Source: Rebecca billardiae RCC1528 (taxonomy: Eukaryota > Protista > Haptophyta). Taken from it: a stretch of 64,000 nt of DNA. Shown here piece by piece: positions 40,367 to 57,486 of this stretch. The notes below the pieces were generated by a model. The model saw only the letters and a program-made list of their open reading frames with translations. It made no database searches and was not told the origin of the DNA. The stretch lies in the NCBI GenBank assembly GCA_965240325.2, contig OZ251224.1:2542001-2606000 (forward strand), written 5' to 3'. Position 1 is the stretch's first letter; the number at the start of each line of letters is the position of its first letter. Position numbers and translations under genes: made by a program.

Positions 40367-40698
40367 GAGAGAGAGAGAGACGGACTGGAGAGAGAGACGA
40401 GAGCAGAGTTGCGTAATCTCGGCGGCGGAAGTTCGCGACTTATTAATAATAAGTCGTCCGGTCGCGTATTAATACTACTACTACTTTAACAGCAATTACG
40501 ACAATTTATAATACAGGCTCGGGCTCCATCGCGGACCGCATCGTGTCGTAGACGTGTTATAGCTATAGCTAATAAGCTATAGCTACCGAAAGCCAGCAGA
40601 GCTCTAGCATCAGCAGCGCAGCGCCAGTGCCCAGTCTCAATAAGTTTCTCACTGGCATCGTCATCGCTGCTTAGCTTATTTATGAACGTCGTCATCAT
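39732..40698. repeat. Units 2 and 3 (plus a partial unit) of the about 460-bp tandem repeat
   Basis: Units begin atgaacgtcgtcatcat at 39732, 40187 and 40682 and differ mainly in (CA)n length. Confidence 0.92.
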
Positions 40699-40807
40699 GT
40701 GTCACCGACAAGGCGTGGCTGACGACGAGTGACGGTATAGTGAATCGGAGATCGCCACTGATCGGATCGCCATGACGATCGTCATCAGTCAGCGTGGCCC
40801 CGCATCC

Positions 40808-42549
40808 TCACGGGCCGCCCCGGACCCACGGGAAGACAGCGATGCGGATGTTTGTGCTGCCAAAGGGCACCAGCCTGAGCGTCTCGACGGGCCCGCACGC
40901 CCGCGCAGCGCCAGAGCGGTCATGCGCATCGCCAGTGCGGCCACCCTGGTCCTCGACGCGCGCGCTCGGTGCGCGTGCGCCTGCCGCCGCGCCAGCCGAG
41001 CCCGAGCCGTTGCGCCCAGGCTGCGCGCCGCGCGGCTGGCCGCACTCGACGGGTGAGGGCGGCGGCGTGTCTGTCACGTTCGAGCCGCGCCAGAAGCCCC
41101 AGCCGTGCACGCGGCGCGCGCGCACGACGATCGTCGACGGGTGCTCCTCCCTCGAGAAGGGCAGCGTCGCGCGCCAGCCGCCGCTCCGCGCGGCGCTGAA
41201 CTCTGGCGGCGCGCCCAGGTCGAGCGCATAGTTCCACGCGCTGCCGGGCGCGGCCGCAATCTCGAGATCGACGGCGCGCGGCCGCGGCGGCGACCGGTCG
41301 TCGAAGCGACGGACGACGCGGACGAGCTGCGCCGGCCGCAGCGCGTACACGAGCGCGCCGCGCGTGAGCGCGACGGCGTCGCTCGCGGCGCGCGCCCACT
41401 TGGCCGGTGGCAGCGGCGGCTCGCCGGGGTCGGCGCGCGCCGCCCACTCCACCGACGCACGAAGCCCGACTCCGCACTCAAGCCGCAGCTGCAAGTTGCG
41501 CTCGCGGTTGTCGAAGCGGAGCTGCAGCGAGAGCGGCCGCGCGTTGGGCACGCGCAGCCCCGCCACGTCCACCGCCACCGGCGGCGAGTACCCCTCGAAC
41601 TCGTCGAACGAGTACTCGCCGAGCGGCGGCGACGTGTAGAGGTGGGCGAGAAGGGAGCCATTGAGAGCGTCGACCAGCGCGGCCTGTAGCGTGCTCGGCT
41701 GCCGCGGCCGCTCGTGCGGCGCCGGCGTGTACCCCGCGGCGTACCGGTACGCGAAGCGCACGCGCGTGATCGGGTGCCCGTCGCCGACGATCTGCGCGCT
41801 CAGCGTCGCGCTCGAGCGCGCGTGCTTGTTCCCGGAGCGGATGTCGAACGCGCAGCCGCGCGCGCGCGAGCGTTCGAGTGACGCGCCGCCAGCCACGCGC
41901 ACCTCCGCCTCCTGCGGCGCTGGGATCTGCGCGCCCGCCGGGTCGAACCAGACGGCGGGCCCGGCGGGCTCAGCGTGCTCGCCCCAGCCGCGCTCGATGC
42001 GCACCTCGGGCCGAAGCGCGACGAGCACGGTCGTCGCCGAGCCCGCCGTCGACGCTGGCACCTTGACGGCCGCGATCGAGCCGTTGCGCGCGGCGCGGCC
42101 GTCAACCGTCGCGCGCGTCGCCCAGCTGGGGATGCGCACCTCGAGCAGCATCGCGCAGCGCGCGCGCACGACGATGCGCACCGCGTCGTCGAACGGGTAG
42201 CTCCCTTGCACGTCGACCGAGCCGCCGCACTTGGCGCCCGACGGCTCCCGCCCGCCGCGCGTGCCGCTGATCGGGAGCTTGGCGCGCGCGGGCACGAGCG
42301 AGCTCACGAGAACGCCCGCGCCGTCCGCTCGCGCGAGGATGGTGGCCTGGGCGAAGCGTGGCCAGCCCTGCACAAAGTTGGTCAGGCAGCACGGGAAGTG
42401 CGAGACGCCGTAAAAGTTCGCGCCAAGGTCCTCCCCCGCTGGGTCCGTCACGTTGGCGCCGCCGCTGCGGGCATCGCCGCCGCCACCGCCGTCGTCTCGG
42501 CCACCGCCGCCGCCGCCGCCGCCATCACCGCCGCTGTCGCCCTCGCGCC

Positions 42550-42588
<39 letters not shown>

Positions 42589-43945
42589 TCTCCTCTCCGC
42601 GCAGCTCGTCGTGGTGCATGGCGTGCGCGGCGCCAGCGCAGCCCGCGGCGGCACAGCCCGGCGCGCTCTTGCCCGCGAACACCGAGTTGGCCTGCTGCAC
42701 GTACACGTGCGCCCACATGTCCGCCGTGAGCGCGGCCGGCAGCGCGTTGAACGCTAGCCTCTCGACTCGGTCCATGAGCGCCGACGGCGCGGCCGGCCCG
42801 AACGTGCGGTGCGCGTGTGAGAGGGAGGCCATCGCCTCGACGATCGCGCAGGTCTCGGTGCCCCGGTTGGGCGCGCGGCCGCAGAACACCTCGTCCGCGC
42901 AGAAGAGCGACTGCACCTGCCCCTGGTACTCGTCGAGCCGCGAGAGCACGAGCGCGAGCGCGCCGGGCCCGCCATCGTCCGAGCGCAACCGCCACTGCAC
43001 CGCGGGCCAGCGGAGCGCGCCCTCCGCATTGTTCACACCGTGGTCGTGCACGTTCCACCCGTGGACGGCGCCGTCCGGGAAGCGCAGCCCCGCCGACTGC
43101 GCGGGGCGCACGTGCGCGTAGTACGCGCCCCAGTCCATCCCGAGCGACGCGAGGCGCACGGCCGCGTCAAGTAGCTGCGCGCGCGCCTCGGCCGCGCGCA
43201 GCGGCGCGGGCAGTGCGCTGTCGTCGTCGAGGTAGTGGTCGAGGGCGTACTCGATGAGCTCGACGATGCTGGGCCAGCGCGTCGCCGCCCACTTGATCAG
43301 CGGGTCCGTGCGCAGCAGCCTCGCCGTCGCCAGCAGGTGCGCCACCACCGCGCGCGCCACCTCCGCGGACGCGGACGCGTGCGCCTCTCCCAACGCAATC
43401 AGCGCGCGCAGCATGTTCACCGGGTCCCAGAGGCCGTGGCCGTTGACGTCGCCGGGCTCGTTGACGAAGGGGCCGACCCAGCCGCTCGTGTGGTTCGCGT
43501 GCGCGAGCACGTACGCCAGCGCCGCGTCCACTTGCTCGTCGAGCCCCGAGCTGAGCCGCGACTCGGCGCCGGCGGCGCGCACGAGCTCAACAAGAGGCGC
43601 GAGGCCGTTCAGAACGTACGGCAGCCATTGGACGGTGCCGTGCCACTCGGCGCCGTCGCCGCCGAGCCACTTGGAGTGGTTGACCGTGCGCGCGCCCGGG
43701 AAGTCGGACGTGAGCAGCGAGCCGGCGAGGCCGTTCGCCTGCACGATCAGCTGCTCGAGCACCCAGCCCTGCGGCGCGAGCGCGCCGAGCGGGAGCAGCT
43801 CGTACGCCGGCGGGCGGAGGGCGTCGGGCGCGGGCTTGATGGCGCCCGTCGGCCGCGCGGATGGGTCGCACGCGAGCGGCGTTGGCCAGGGAGGCGTCGA
43901 TGCGGCGGCTGCGCCGAGCACGAGCGTCGTCGCGGCCACAATCAT
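40808..43945 (-). CDS. Secreted glycoside hydrolase, GH127/GH146 (beta-L-arabinofuranosidase-like)
   Basis: Signal peptide MIVAATTLVLGAAAA; LPLGALAPQGW, HGVN, GTETCAIVE, ERLAFNALPA, YVQQAN, PCCLTN...GWPRF, YPFDD, RIPSWA, RGALVYAL, LVPFG. Confidence 0.88.
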
Positions 43946-44192
43946 CGCGGGCCCCCTGTCGGCCGCGGTGGACGGGGGGAGGTGGACGGGCGTGAGAATC
44001 TCAAATCCGGACTGCTGCAGGACAGTGGTGAGCAGCAGGACTGGCGAGCGGTGGTCCAAGACCGCCATCGATAATGTGGGGAAGGAAACGACCTTCCACT
44101 TTTCTTGCTTGGTCATCTCAAGATCTCGCTCACGTCCAGGGGGAGGAGCCGCGTGCGGCCGGCGACCGGGCCTTGAACGTGCCAGCGAGCGG

Positions 44193-46258
44193 ATGTACCG
44201 GTGGCCAGGCGCCGTGGCCATCGCGCTCGTGGCGACAAGTGTCACACTGGCTGAGGAATATGCCACCGACATGGAGCCGCAGGGACTCGAATCTGTCTTG
44301 TGCGCCGCGTGCGCGTCGGCCACGGCGCGTTGGGCGCCGCGCGCTCACCCGCCGCGCTGACGCGACACCTGGCCTCACGACTGCGTCTGCGTGCGCGCAC
44401 AGTGCGGAGAACGTGGCGCTCACGGGCAGCCTGCCGACAGAGATTGGCACCCTCTTGCCCGCAAAAGTCATGTACGGTTGCGTGTCTGCCTCACGCCTGC
44501 AATCGGCGCCCTGGCGAGGATCAGCTGATGCGCTCGTGCGGCCGCCTGCGCGCCGTGGCGTGTTCGCGGCACGTGCGCAGCGATATCAACCAGAACGAGT
44601 TCACGGGCACGTTGCCCACGGAGATTGGCTCGCTCAAGCTCAACGCCCTGTACGCGCACCCGCACCTCAGCCGTGCCCGCGCCCTCGCGCTAGGAGTACT
44701 GATGTTCCCCGCCCGCGAGTGCGCTCCGCTGCGCGCCAGGCTCGCAAACAGAAATTGGCTCACAAGCGTCCTGCCGACCGAGCTGGCCACGCTGACGACG
44801 CTCACGGCCCTGTACGTGCCGGCGTGCGCATGCTCCGCGCTCGCAGCTCATCATGCGCCGCGCCCGACCCTCCCTACCACGCCTCGCGCTTGCACAGCAA
44901 CCTGGGGTGGAACCACTTCTCGGGCGGCATGCCATCCTGTCTTGGTCGGCTGACCGCGCTGCAGTCACTGTGCGCGCAAGCCTGAACCCACCGGTCACGC
45001 TGGTCTGCACCCGTACTGCTATGCAGCGTCCGCGACTCACGCGCGCGCGGCTGCCCGGGCACAAACCACTGTCCTGTTGTCACCGCGCACGCAGGGAGAT
45101 CGCGCACAATGCGCTCAACGGCACGCTCCCTACAGAGATTGGCTTCTTGACGGCGCTGGTGATCCTGTGCGTGCCATGCCTGCCGCGCCGCGCGACGGTC
45201 CAGCACCTGCCCCTGGTGGCGCGGGCTGGGCGCACACAACGCTCTTGGCTCTTCACACGCCTGCCATCGCCACCGGCCCGCCTCGCTTAATCTGGCTGCC
45301 ACACCCGCGCGCGGCGCGCACCCACGGCCGCAGGGACGTCGCGGAGAACCGCCTGCGTGGCGAGCTTCCTACGGAGATCGGTATGCTCAGCTGCCTTACA
45401 AGCGCCGACTGGTTGGCCGCGCGCCTTTCACACATCCCAACCGAGCTGGGCCGACTGCAGCAGCTGAGAGGTCTGGGGTTTGACTACGTGGGGCACGGCA
45501 CGATCCCGACGGAGCTCGGCAGGATGGCGGCGCTGAGCAGCCTGCTCTTGGCGGGCGACGTCAACCTGAGCGGCGCGGTGCCGACGGAGCTAGCGCGGCT
45601 CAGCCTTGAGCACCTTCAGCTGAGCGACGCGGCCGCGCTCTGCGGTGGGTTCACGCTCGAGATTCGCGGCAGGCACAGGGTCAGGCAAGCGTTCGAGCCG
45701 TGCCCAGCGCCCCCGCCCTCGCCGCCCGCGCCGCCGCTGCCCGTGGCTGCACCTCTCGCGCTGCGCGACGACGGCTGGGGATCGACGAGCTGGGCGACGG
45801 TTTTCTTCCTGGCATGTGCCGGCTGCGCGCTCGGCGTGAGTGCAGTCTACATTGTGCAGCGCTTGAGGGACTCGCAGGTCGCGCCGGCGCACATCGGCTT
45901 GCTGCGGCCGCGCGTCCTGGTGCACAAGCTCTCGGCGCACGCGCGGCGCGTCGGCGTGCAGCATGCGGGGGCTGTCGTCTCGCACCAGCGGGGGTACAAC
46001 CCGAGCGATGAGTTTCAGGTCCTGACGGGCGGCGCGCCGGGCGGCGCGCCGTGCGAGTCGTCAACAAGCGCAGAATGGCACGAGCACGGGTGCCCGCCTG
46101 GCGCTCGCGCTGCCGGGCCGGGGGAGCGGGATCGGGCCTTCTGGGGTCGCGAGCTCGGAGAGCGCGCGCCTGCAGCAGCGTGGCAGCCCCCGGGCGGGCT
46201 CTACCATCCGGAGGTGGTGGATCGCTATGCTGATGGCAGGCGTGCTGGAATGACGTGA
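44193..46258 (+). CDS. LRR receptor-like protein (signal peptide, plant-type LRRs, Pro-rich stalk, one TM, cytosolic tail), 7 exons
   Basis: Exons 44193-44299, 44403-44471, 44581-44649, 44740-44811, 44898-44969, 45095-45166 and 45334-46258, with GT..AG boundaries. Repeated NxLxGxLPTEIGxL. TM WATVFFLACAGCALGVSAVYIV. Confidence 0.85.
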
Positions 46259-46265
46259 CTGTGAC

Positions 46266-46266
<1 letters not shown>

Positions 46267-46310
<44 letters not shown>
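46267..46310. repeat. (AG)n microsatellite
   Basis: About 22 AG units. Confidence 0.95.
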
Positions 46311-46313
<3 letters not shown>

Positions 46314-46502
46314 AAGTGAGTCTCTCTCTCTCACACATCACACACGACATATATACGACACACTTAACATCGCTGCTGGTCGTCATGATCGTGACGGGCG
46401 TCCAGCGCTCTCCGGTTGTCCCCCCCAATGCAGGCCAATGCTCCGTTACTCGCGTCTACGGTCCGGTCAGTCTCATCACTGTAGCAGTATAGTTGTCGAT
46501 AG

Positions 46503-48251
46503 TCACACGCGCTGCCGCTTGGACGAGCGCTCGTCGACCAAATCAACGGCCAGCCGCTCCATCAGCTCGAACGCCTCCGCCGGGTCGTCGCGCTTGAAAG
46601 CTGCCCAGCGCTCCTGCTTCACGATCTCCTTGATCTGCTCCTTCGCCAGCGCGCGCACGCCCTCCGCCAGCCGTGCGCACCCGCCCGCCGCCTTGGCGTG
46701 CCGCAGTAGGTCGAGGCAGTTGTCCACGTCCAGAGCAGCCAGCAGCGCGTCCTCGCACCGGCGCACCACGCCCACCAGCACGTCGCCCCCAGCGTGCTCG
46801 GCAGGCACGTCCGAGCCCACATCCGGCTGCATCGGCGGCTGCAGCTTGCTCGCCAGGCGCAGCAGCTCGAGCAGCACCGACGACTCGGCCGGCAGCGGGG
46901 CCTCCCCAGCCGAGTGCAGCTGGCGCAGCAGCGCCTCGTGCGCCGCCGAGGAGAAGTCCGGGTCGGCTGCGACCTCGCGCTGGAGGCCCTCCGCCAGCCC
47001 GCTGCCCAGCTGAGCCTTGTGGTAGTTCGAGTGACAGGCGAGGAGCAGCCGGCTCGCGCCCAGCTCGGTGCCGTCTGCGCACCGCAGCACCACGTCGTGC
47101 TGCCGTGCTGGCGCGCCCACCGCGTCGCCCTGCGCGCACACCCGCGCACGCAGCCTCGCATGGACACTGCGCGACTCAGCCTCGCTGTCGGCGAGCCTCG
47201 CGAGCGTCTCCCCAACTGAGGCCAGCGCACTGCGTCGCACGTCCACGCTGCCGTGGTGCAGCAGGGCATCGATAACACTCTGCGCGTCACTCCAGGTATC
47301 GCTGCCCGTGGCCACCTCTGAGCTGTGCACCACGCGCAGCAGCGCTCCGACCAGGCCAGGCGTGCGCGCGACGGCTGCAGCACGCGCATCACTCTCGGGC
47401 CCAGTGAGGACGAGGTGCAACGTAGAAAGAGCATTTGGCCCTGCGTCCTCCTCGCCTACAGGCTGGCCGTCCGACATGCCTAGCAGGAGCGGCACGATGC
47501 GCTCACATATGCCCCCGGCCACCAACGTCGCGCGGCTTTGCAGACTTTCGGTTGCGAAGCAGTGTATGGCAAGAGCTGCGTTGCTCTGCACGTATTTGTT
47601 GGCTGACCCAAGCAGCGCCACGAGCGGCTGGATGGCGCCAGCTTCCAGTGCCTGTCCGCGCAGAGTGTCGTCGAACGTGGCAATGGAGCCCATGGCCACT
47701 GCGGCTGCGTGTTGCACATTCTCGTTTGCAGAACGCAGCAGCGACACGAGCCCTGGGGCAGGACCCGCCTCAGCGAGCTGCTCCGTGTCTATGTGTTCAT
47801 TCTCCGCAATGCGCCAAATCACTTTTGTTGCCTGGACTTGCACGCACGCGTCAGCAGAGCCCAGCAGCGATACCAGCGGCGGGATGAAGCCACTGTCCGA
47901 GAGCGCGCTGTACACCTTGTGTTCGTGGCTCTCCCACGGCATGAGGTCAGAGATGGCCACAAGGGCGCCCAGCTGCACCTCGGCGGAGCGCTCAGGCGCG
48001 AGGAGCTGCACCAGCGCCGGCAGAGCCTGCGATTGGATGATCGCCTCCGCATCCACGTGCACTAAACCCCCCGCATCGATGTATACTTGATCGCAGAACG
48101 GGGCGAGCGCCACGACCATCGCCTCATTGTCCCGGCCTTGGAGCGCGGCAACGAGCCTCTCAAGCGCCTCGGCGCTGAGCCGGACGTCAGTCAGCTTTGA
48201 CGCCCGCGCGTTCGCGTCGGCGAGCAGCGCCGACGCAGCGCCCGGATGCAT
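46503..48251 (-). CDS. Armadillo-repeat + BTB/POZ protein (ARIA/ABAP1-like architecture)
   Basis: ARM repeats (GFIPPLVSLLGS...VQVQA, GAIQPLVALLGS...VQSNAALAI). BTB DVVLRCADGTELGASRLLLACHSNY...CEDAL...LDVDNCLDLL. C-terminal basic SSKRQRV. Confidence 0.85.
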   Translation of the reverse strand: MHPGAASALLADANARASKLTDVRLSAEALERLVAALQGRDNEAMVVALAPFCDQVYIDAGGLVHVDAEAIIQSQALPALVQLLAPERSAEVQLGALVAISDLMPWESHEHKVYSALSDSGFIPPLVSLLGSADACVQVQATKVIWRIAENEHIDTEQLAEAGPAPGLVSLLRSANENVQHAAAVAMGSIATFDDTLRGQALEAGAIQPLVALLGSANKYVQSNAALAIHCFATESLQSRATLVAGGICERIVPLLLGMSDGQPVGEEDAGPNALSTLHLVLTGPESDARAAAVARTPGLVGALLRVVHSSEVATGSDTWSDAQSVIDALLHHGSVDVRRSALASVGETLARLADSEAESRSVHARLRARVCAQGDAVGAPARQHDVVLRCADGTELGASRLLLACHSNYHKAQLGSGLAEGLQREVAADPDFSSAAHEALLRQLHSAGEAPLPAESSVLLELLRLASKLQPPMQPDVGSDVPAEHAGGDVLVGVVRRCEDALLAALDVDNCLDLLRHAKAAGGCARLAEGVRALAKEQIKEIVKQERWAAFKRDDPAEAFELMERLAVDLVDERSSKRQRV

Positions 48252-48781
48252 CGGGGCGCGAAAAGGGTGCGGTTGAGGCTGTGCCAGGGGCAGGGAACGG
48301 CGGTGGCCCCGATGCGCGTCGGGGAGGAGCGTGCAGCGATTCTCGCTCGCGCTCGTCGCAAGGCCAAACGCGCCGCCGCCAACGACGACGGTTGGTCGCT
48401 CCCGTCTCGGGCTCCATATCAATAATCCGGTTATTCGGATTCCGGTGCTCGGCTCTGCAGCGGTCAACGGACCCTGTAATCCTTATCAGTGACTCTACTA
48501 CTAGACAGGCACACTCGGAACGGTGACACTGTCAACGTGTCACAGATCTCTGTAGATCTACAATCCTCATCCACGTGCGCACCTGCTTGCGTGCGCTGCA
48601 CAGACAGGCTGGTACGGCAGTGCCCTCGGTCCCCGCTCGGCGAGTCTGGGACTCCGAACGTACTTACGGGCGCGGTCGGAGCCAAGCTGCGCGCTTCGGG
48701 GCCAGTTAGGGCACGGCCTCTCGTCGGGGAGGCTCTGCCCGAAGACGCCCAGCATGCGCCGCCGTGCGGGGAGCGGCGCTC

Positions 48782-54057
<5,276 letters not shown>

Positions 54058-54133
54058 AATCTGCGCGCAGCCTCAGAGTGCGTCGGCGGCGGCGCCCGGC
54101 CGTGGCAGCAGTATAGTGAGTACTATTATGTGT

Positions 54134-54136
<3 letters not shown>

Positions 54137-54167
<31 letters not shown>
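54137..54167. repeat. (AT)n microsatellite
   Basis: About 15 AT units. Confidence 0.9.
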
Positions 54168-54172
<5 letters not shown>

Positions 54173-54549
54173 TATACCGATTACCGTACTCTGCTACGCG
54201 AGGCAACAGCGGCTTCTAAGCCTAACCGCCAGGCTGCCTATGACACCAATCACCATTGCTGTACATGAATGAATAGAAGGAGACCAGCTGTCCAAGGTAA
54301 CATTCTGAGACGCTCCAAGTCTGAGATACCGCCCTTGTCTGAGCAGATGACATCAAGAGACAGAGTGACTGGCAACTAGTCAGTGATCGAGTCGCTGTCG
54401 GGCAGTCGGCTGTCCGGATGAGTCCGGTCGCCCGGCGGGTCCCGCTGCTCCAACTGTCGTCTTCGCGCGGCGGCGGGGCAACTCTCCGCCAGGTCGAGGG
54501 CGGCAGCGCACCGTGCGCCTCGACGGGGAAGAAGGAGCCGCGCGCACAG

Positions 54550-56349
54550 ATGGACGAAACCAGCGCCGCGGTAAAGCTGCTTCGGCGCAGGTCGGCGCGA
54601 GGTGACGCGCGTGCCACGTACCTTCTGGCTGATCGCTTTGCACACGGAGACGGCGTCACTCAGAATCGGAGCGAGGCGATGCGCCTGTGGCACATCGCCG
54701 CGGAACGTGGGCTTGCCGACGCTCAGTTCAGGCTTGGCGCTCTTCATTACCATGGCGAGTGCGGACCGACCCGCGATCTGATTAAGGTGGTGCACTGGTA
54801 TCGGCTGGCGGCGGAGCAGGGCCACGCAGGTGCGCAGCACAGTATGGGCTTGTGCTGCCGTGATGGCGCGGGCCTGCCGCAGGACCAGGCCGAGGCGGCG
54901 CGCTGGTACCGGCTGGCGGCGGAGCAGGGCCACGCACGGGCGCAGTTCACCCTAGGCAGGTGCTGCGAGACGGGCGAGGGCGTGCAGCAGGATATGGCAG
55001 GGGCGGTGCGCTGGTACCGGCTGGCGGCCGAGCAGGGCCACGCAGATGCGCAGTACAACCTGGGTGTGTGCTGCGAGAAGGGCACGGGCGTGCCGCAGGA
55101 TATGGCCGAGGCGGTGCGCTGGTACCGGCTGGCGGCGGAGCAGGGCCACGCACGGGCGCAGTTCACCCTAGGCAGGTGCTGCGAGAAGGGCGAGGGCGTG
55201 CCGCAGGATATGGCAGAGGCGGTGCGCTGGTACCGGCTGGCTGCCGAGCAGGGCGACGCAGCCGCTCAGTTCTACCTGGGTGAGTGTTATCGTGAGGGCG
55301 AGGGCGTGCAGCAGGATTGGGCCGAGGTGGTGCGCTGGTTCCGGCTGGCGGCAGAGCAGGGGCTCGCGATAGCGCAGCACAACCTGGGCGTGTGCTACCA
55401 GGAGGGCGATGGAGTGCCGCAGGATTGGGCCGAGGCGGCGCGCTGGTACCGGCTGGCAGCCGAGCAGGGCGACGCAGATGCGCAGACCAACCTGGGCATG
55501 TGCTGCGAGAAGGGCGAGGGCGTGCCGCAGGACTGGGCGGAGGCTGCACGCTGGTATCGGCTGGCGGCCGAGCAGGGCCACGCACATGCGCAGAGCAACC
55601 TGGGCTGGTGCTACGACGTGGGCGAGGGCGTGCCGCAGGATATGGCCAAGGCGGTGCGCTGGTACCGGCTGGCGGCTGAGCAGGGCGATGCAAGAGCGCA
55701 GCACAATCTGGGCTTGTGCTATAACGAGGAGAGCGAGGGCGTGCCGCAGGACCGGGCGTCAGCGGCGCACTGGTTCCAGCGGGCGGCCGAGCAGGGCCAC
55801 GCCGGCGCGCAGGTCAACCTGGGCATATGCTGCCAGAATGGCGCGGGCGTGCCGCAGGATATGGCCGAGGCGGTGCGCTGGTACCGGCTGGCGGCCGAGC
55901 AGGGCCAGGCACGGGCGCAGAGCAACCTGGGCAGATGCTGCCATTATGGCCAGGGCGTGCCGCAGGACTGGGCGGAAGCGGCGCGCTGGTACAGGCTGGC
56001 CGCTGAAGGTGATGAGCCACTCGCTACGTCCCAGCTTGGACGGCTGATGCTTGCGGGCAAGGGCGTGGAGCGCGATGTGGTGGAGGGCGCGCGGCTGCTG
56101 CGCCGAGCACACGAGCTCGACAGCACTCTCGACCCCTGTGAAGTGCTCGTCGCCGAGTTTGCGGGGGATCGTGACGTGGTGTCCATGTGCTGCCTCGTGT
56201 GCGCCAAGACGGACCGTCGAGCCTTGAAGAAGTGCGACCGATGCCACGTGGCGGTGTTCTGCTCGCACGAGCACCTGCGGCTGGCGTGGAAGGCGCACAA
56301 GCCGCACTGCATACATACATCGCTAATATTGCGCCGGGCAGCCTGCTAG
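54550..56349 (+). CDS. Sel1-like repeat protein (14 repeats) with MYND-type zinc finger, paralogue 3
   Basis: Start MDETSAAVKLL; tandem 108-bp repeats; C-terminus CLVC...CDRC...FCSHEH...WKAHKPHC. Confidence 0.9.
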   Translation: MDETSAAVKLLRRRSARGDARATYLLADRFAHGDGVTQNRSEAMRLWHIAAERGLADAQFRLGALHYHGECGPTRDLIKVVHWYRLAAEQGHAGAQHSMGLCCRDGAGLPQDQAEAARWYRLAAEQGHARAQFTLGRCCETGEGVQQDMAGAVRWYRLAAEQGHADAQYNLGVCCEKGTGVPQDMAEAVRWYRLAAEQGHARAQFTLGRCCEKGEGVPQDMAEAVRWYRLAAEQGDAAAQFYLGECYREGEGVQQDWAEVVRWFRLAAEQGLAIAQHNLGVCYQEGDGVPQDWAEAARWYRLAAEQGDADAQTNLGMCCEKGEGVPQDWAEAARWYRLAAEQGHAHAQSNLGWCYDVGEGVPQDMAKAVRWYRLAAEQGDARAQHNLGLCYNEESEGVPQDRASAAHWFQRAAEQGHAGAQVNLGICCQNGAGVPQDMAEAVRWYRLAAEQGQARAQSNLGRCCHYGQGVPQDWAEAARWYRLAAEGDEPLATSQLGRLMLAGKGVERDVVEGARLLRRAHELDSTLDPCEVLVAEFAGDRDVVSMCCLVCAKTDRRALKKCDRCHVAVFCSHEHLRLAWKAHKPHCIHTSLILRRAAC

Positions 56350-57486
56350 CTAGCCGACCGCGGACCGATATATCATCACGCGTCGTCATCATATCACATC
56401 GTACTTCGTAGTCACGCCGCCGAGGCGCAGGCGTGATGATGATCTGACTGCTGCTTGGATGATGCCGCCTGCCGGTTAAGTGCCATGGCACACTAGGTAT
56501 ACTCATCGTCAGAACTCGCGTATAGCTTAATTAAGCTCGGAGACACGGCTAGGCCGCCATACTGTAGAGTGTAGCTCAGGCACGGTCATGAGTCAGTCAG
56601 CTGGCGCGGCGCGGGCGGGGCGCCCACCATTCGTCCCGCATTGGCCGCCAGCGCCGGTGGCCAGTGGCAGTGGGCGCCTTGATTGATCGGGCGGCCGCGG
56701 AGTCCCGGAGGACGCGATGCTGCTAGCTAGGCGCCAGCGCACGACGGTGTCGATAATATATATCTCCTGAAAGTGCTGCTGCAGCCCCTCAGGCTGCTGC
56801 TGCTGTCGTCATTTAATTATATTGCGCAGGCGGGCTGACAGTGTGAGTGTCTATACAGTGAAGCCTAGTGAGTGAGTGACAGCGTTACGAGCGGGCCGAG
56901 CGGCCCTCCGCGGCCTCCGCCTGACACCGCGCCGCCAATATGCTCATGACTTACGGGAATGGTGCCCGGCCGGGCGGCCGGGCTCCGGCGCCTCCGCCCC
57001 GTGTTGCCGACCGGCCCCGGACCCGGCGCGGCGGGCGCGGGCGGCATGTGAATGAGACTCATCATCGGACGAGCGCCAGACTCATCAGTCTGATTTTAAC
57101 CGCGCCGGGCAATGCCGGCCGGCCGGGGCCATGCCGGCCATGCCATGCCGCATTATTACAGTATGCATGCACGTCTGCCCGGCACCGGTCTGCCCGCACG
57201 ACGACGAGCTCCGAGTCGGATTCGTGCACCCGGAGCCACAGTGACTCTGTCCGGCCCATCGGCTGGACGGGCATCCACGCACACGGCGCACCCCGCCATG
57301 CACGATGCTCTATCGGAACTCCCACGGGTGCATACGCCGAGCGAGTCGTGCCCGGAGGCTGCCTCGCTGCCCGAGATATGATGATGATGTGCATCGCCGC
57401 CGCCAGACGCGCGCGCCGTCTCGTCCGCGAGGCGGGCCTGCGCGGCGGCGGGGGGCGGTGCGTGCGGCGGCGAGCGAGCGAGCGGC

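Noticed and set aside
36797-40489. His/Thr-rich short ORFs
   Set aside because: Translations of (CA)n microsatellites.
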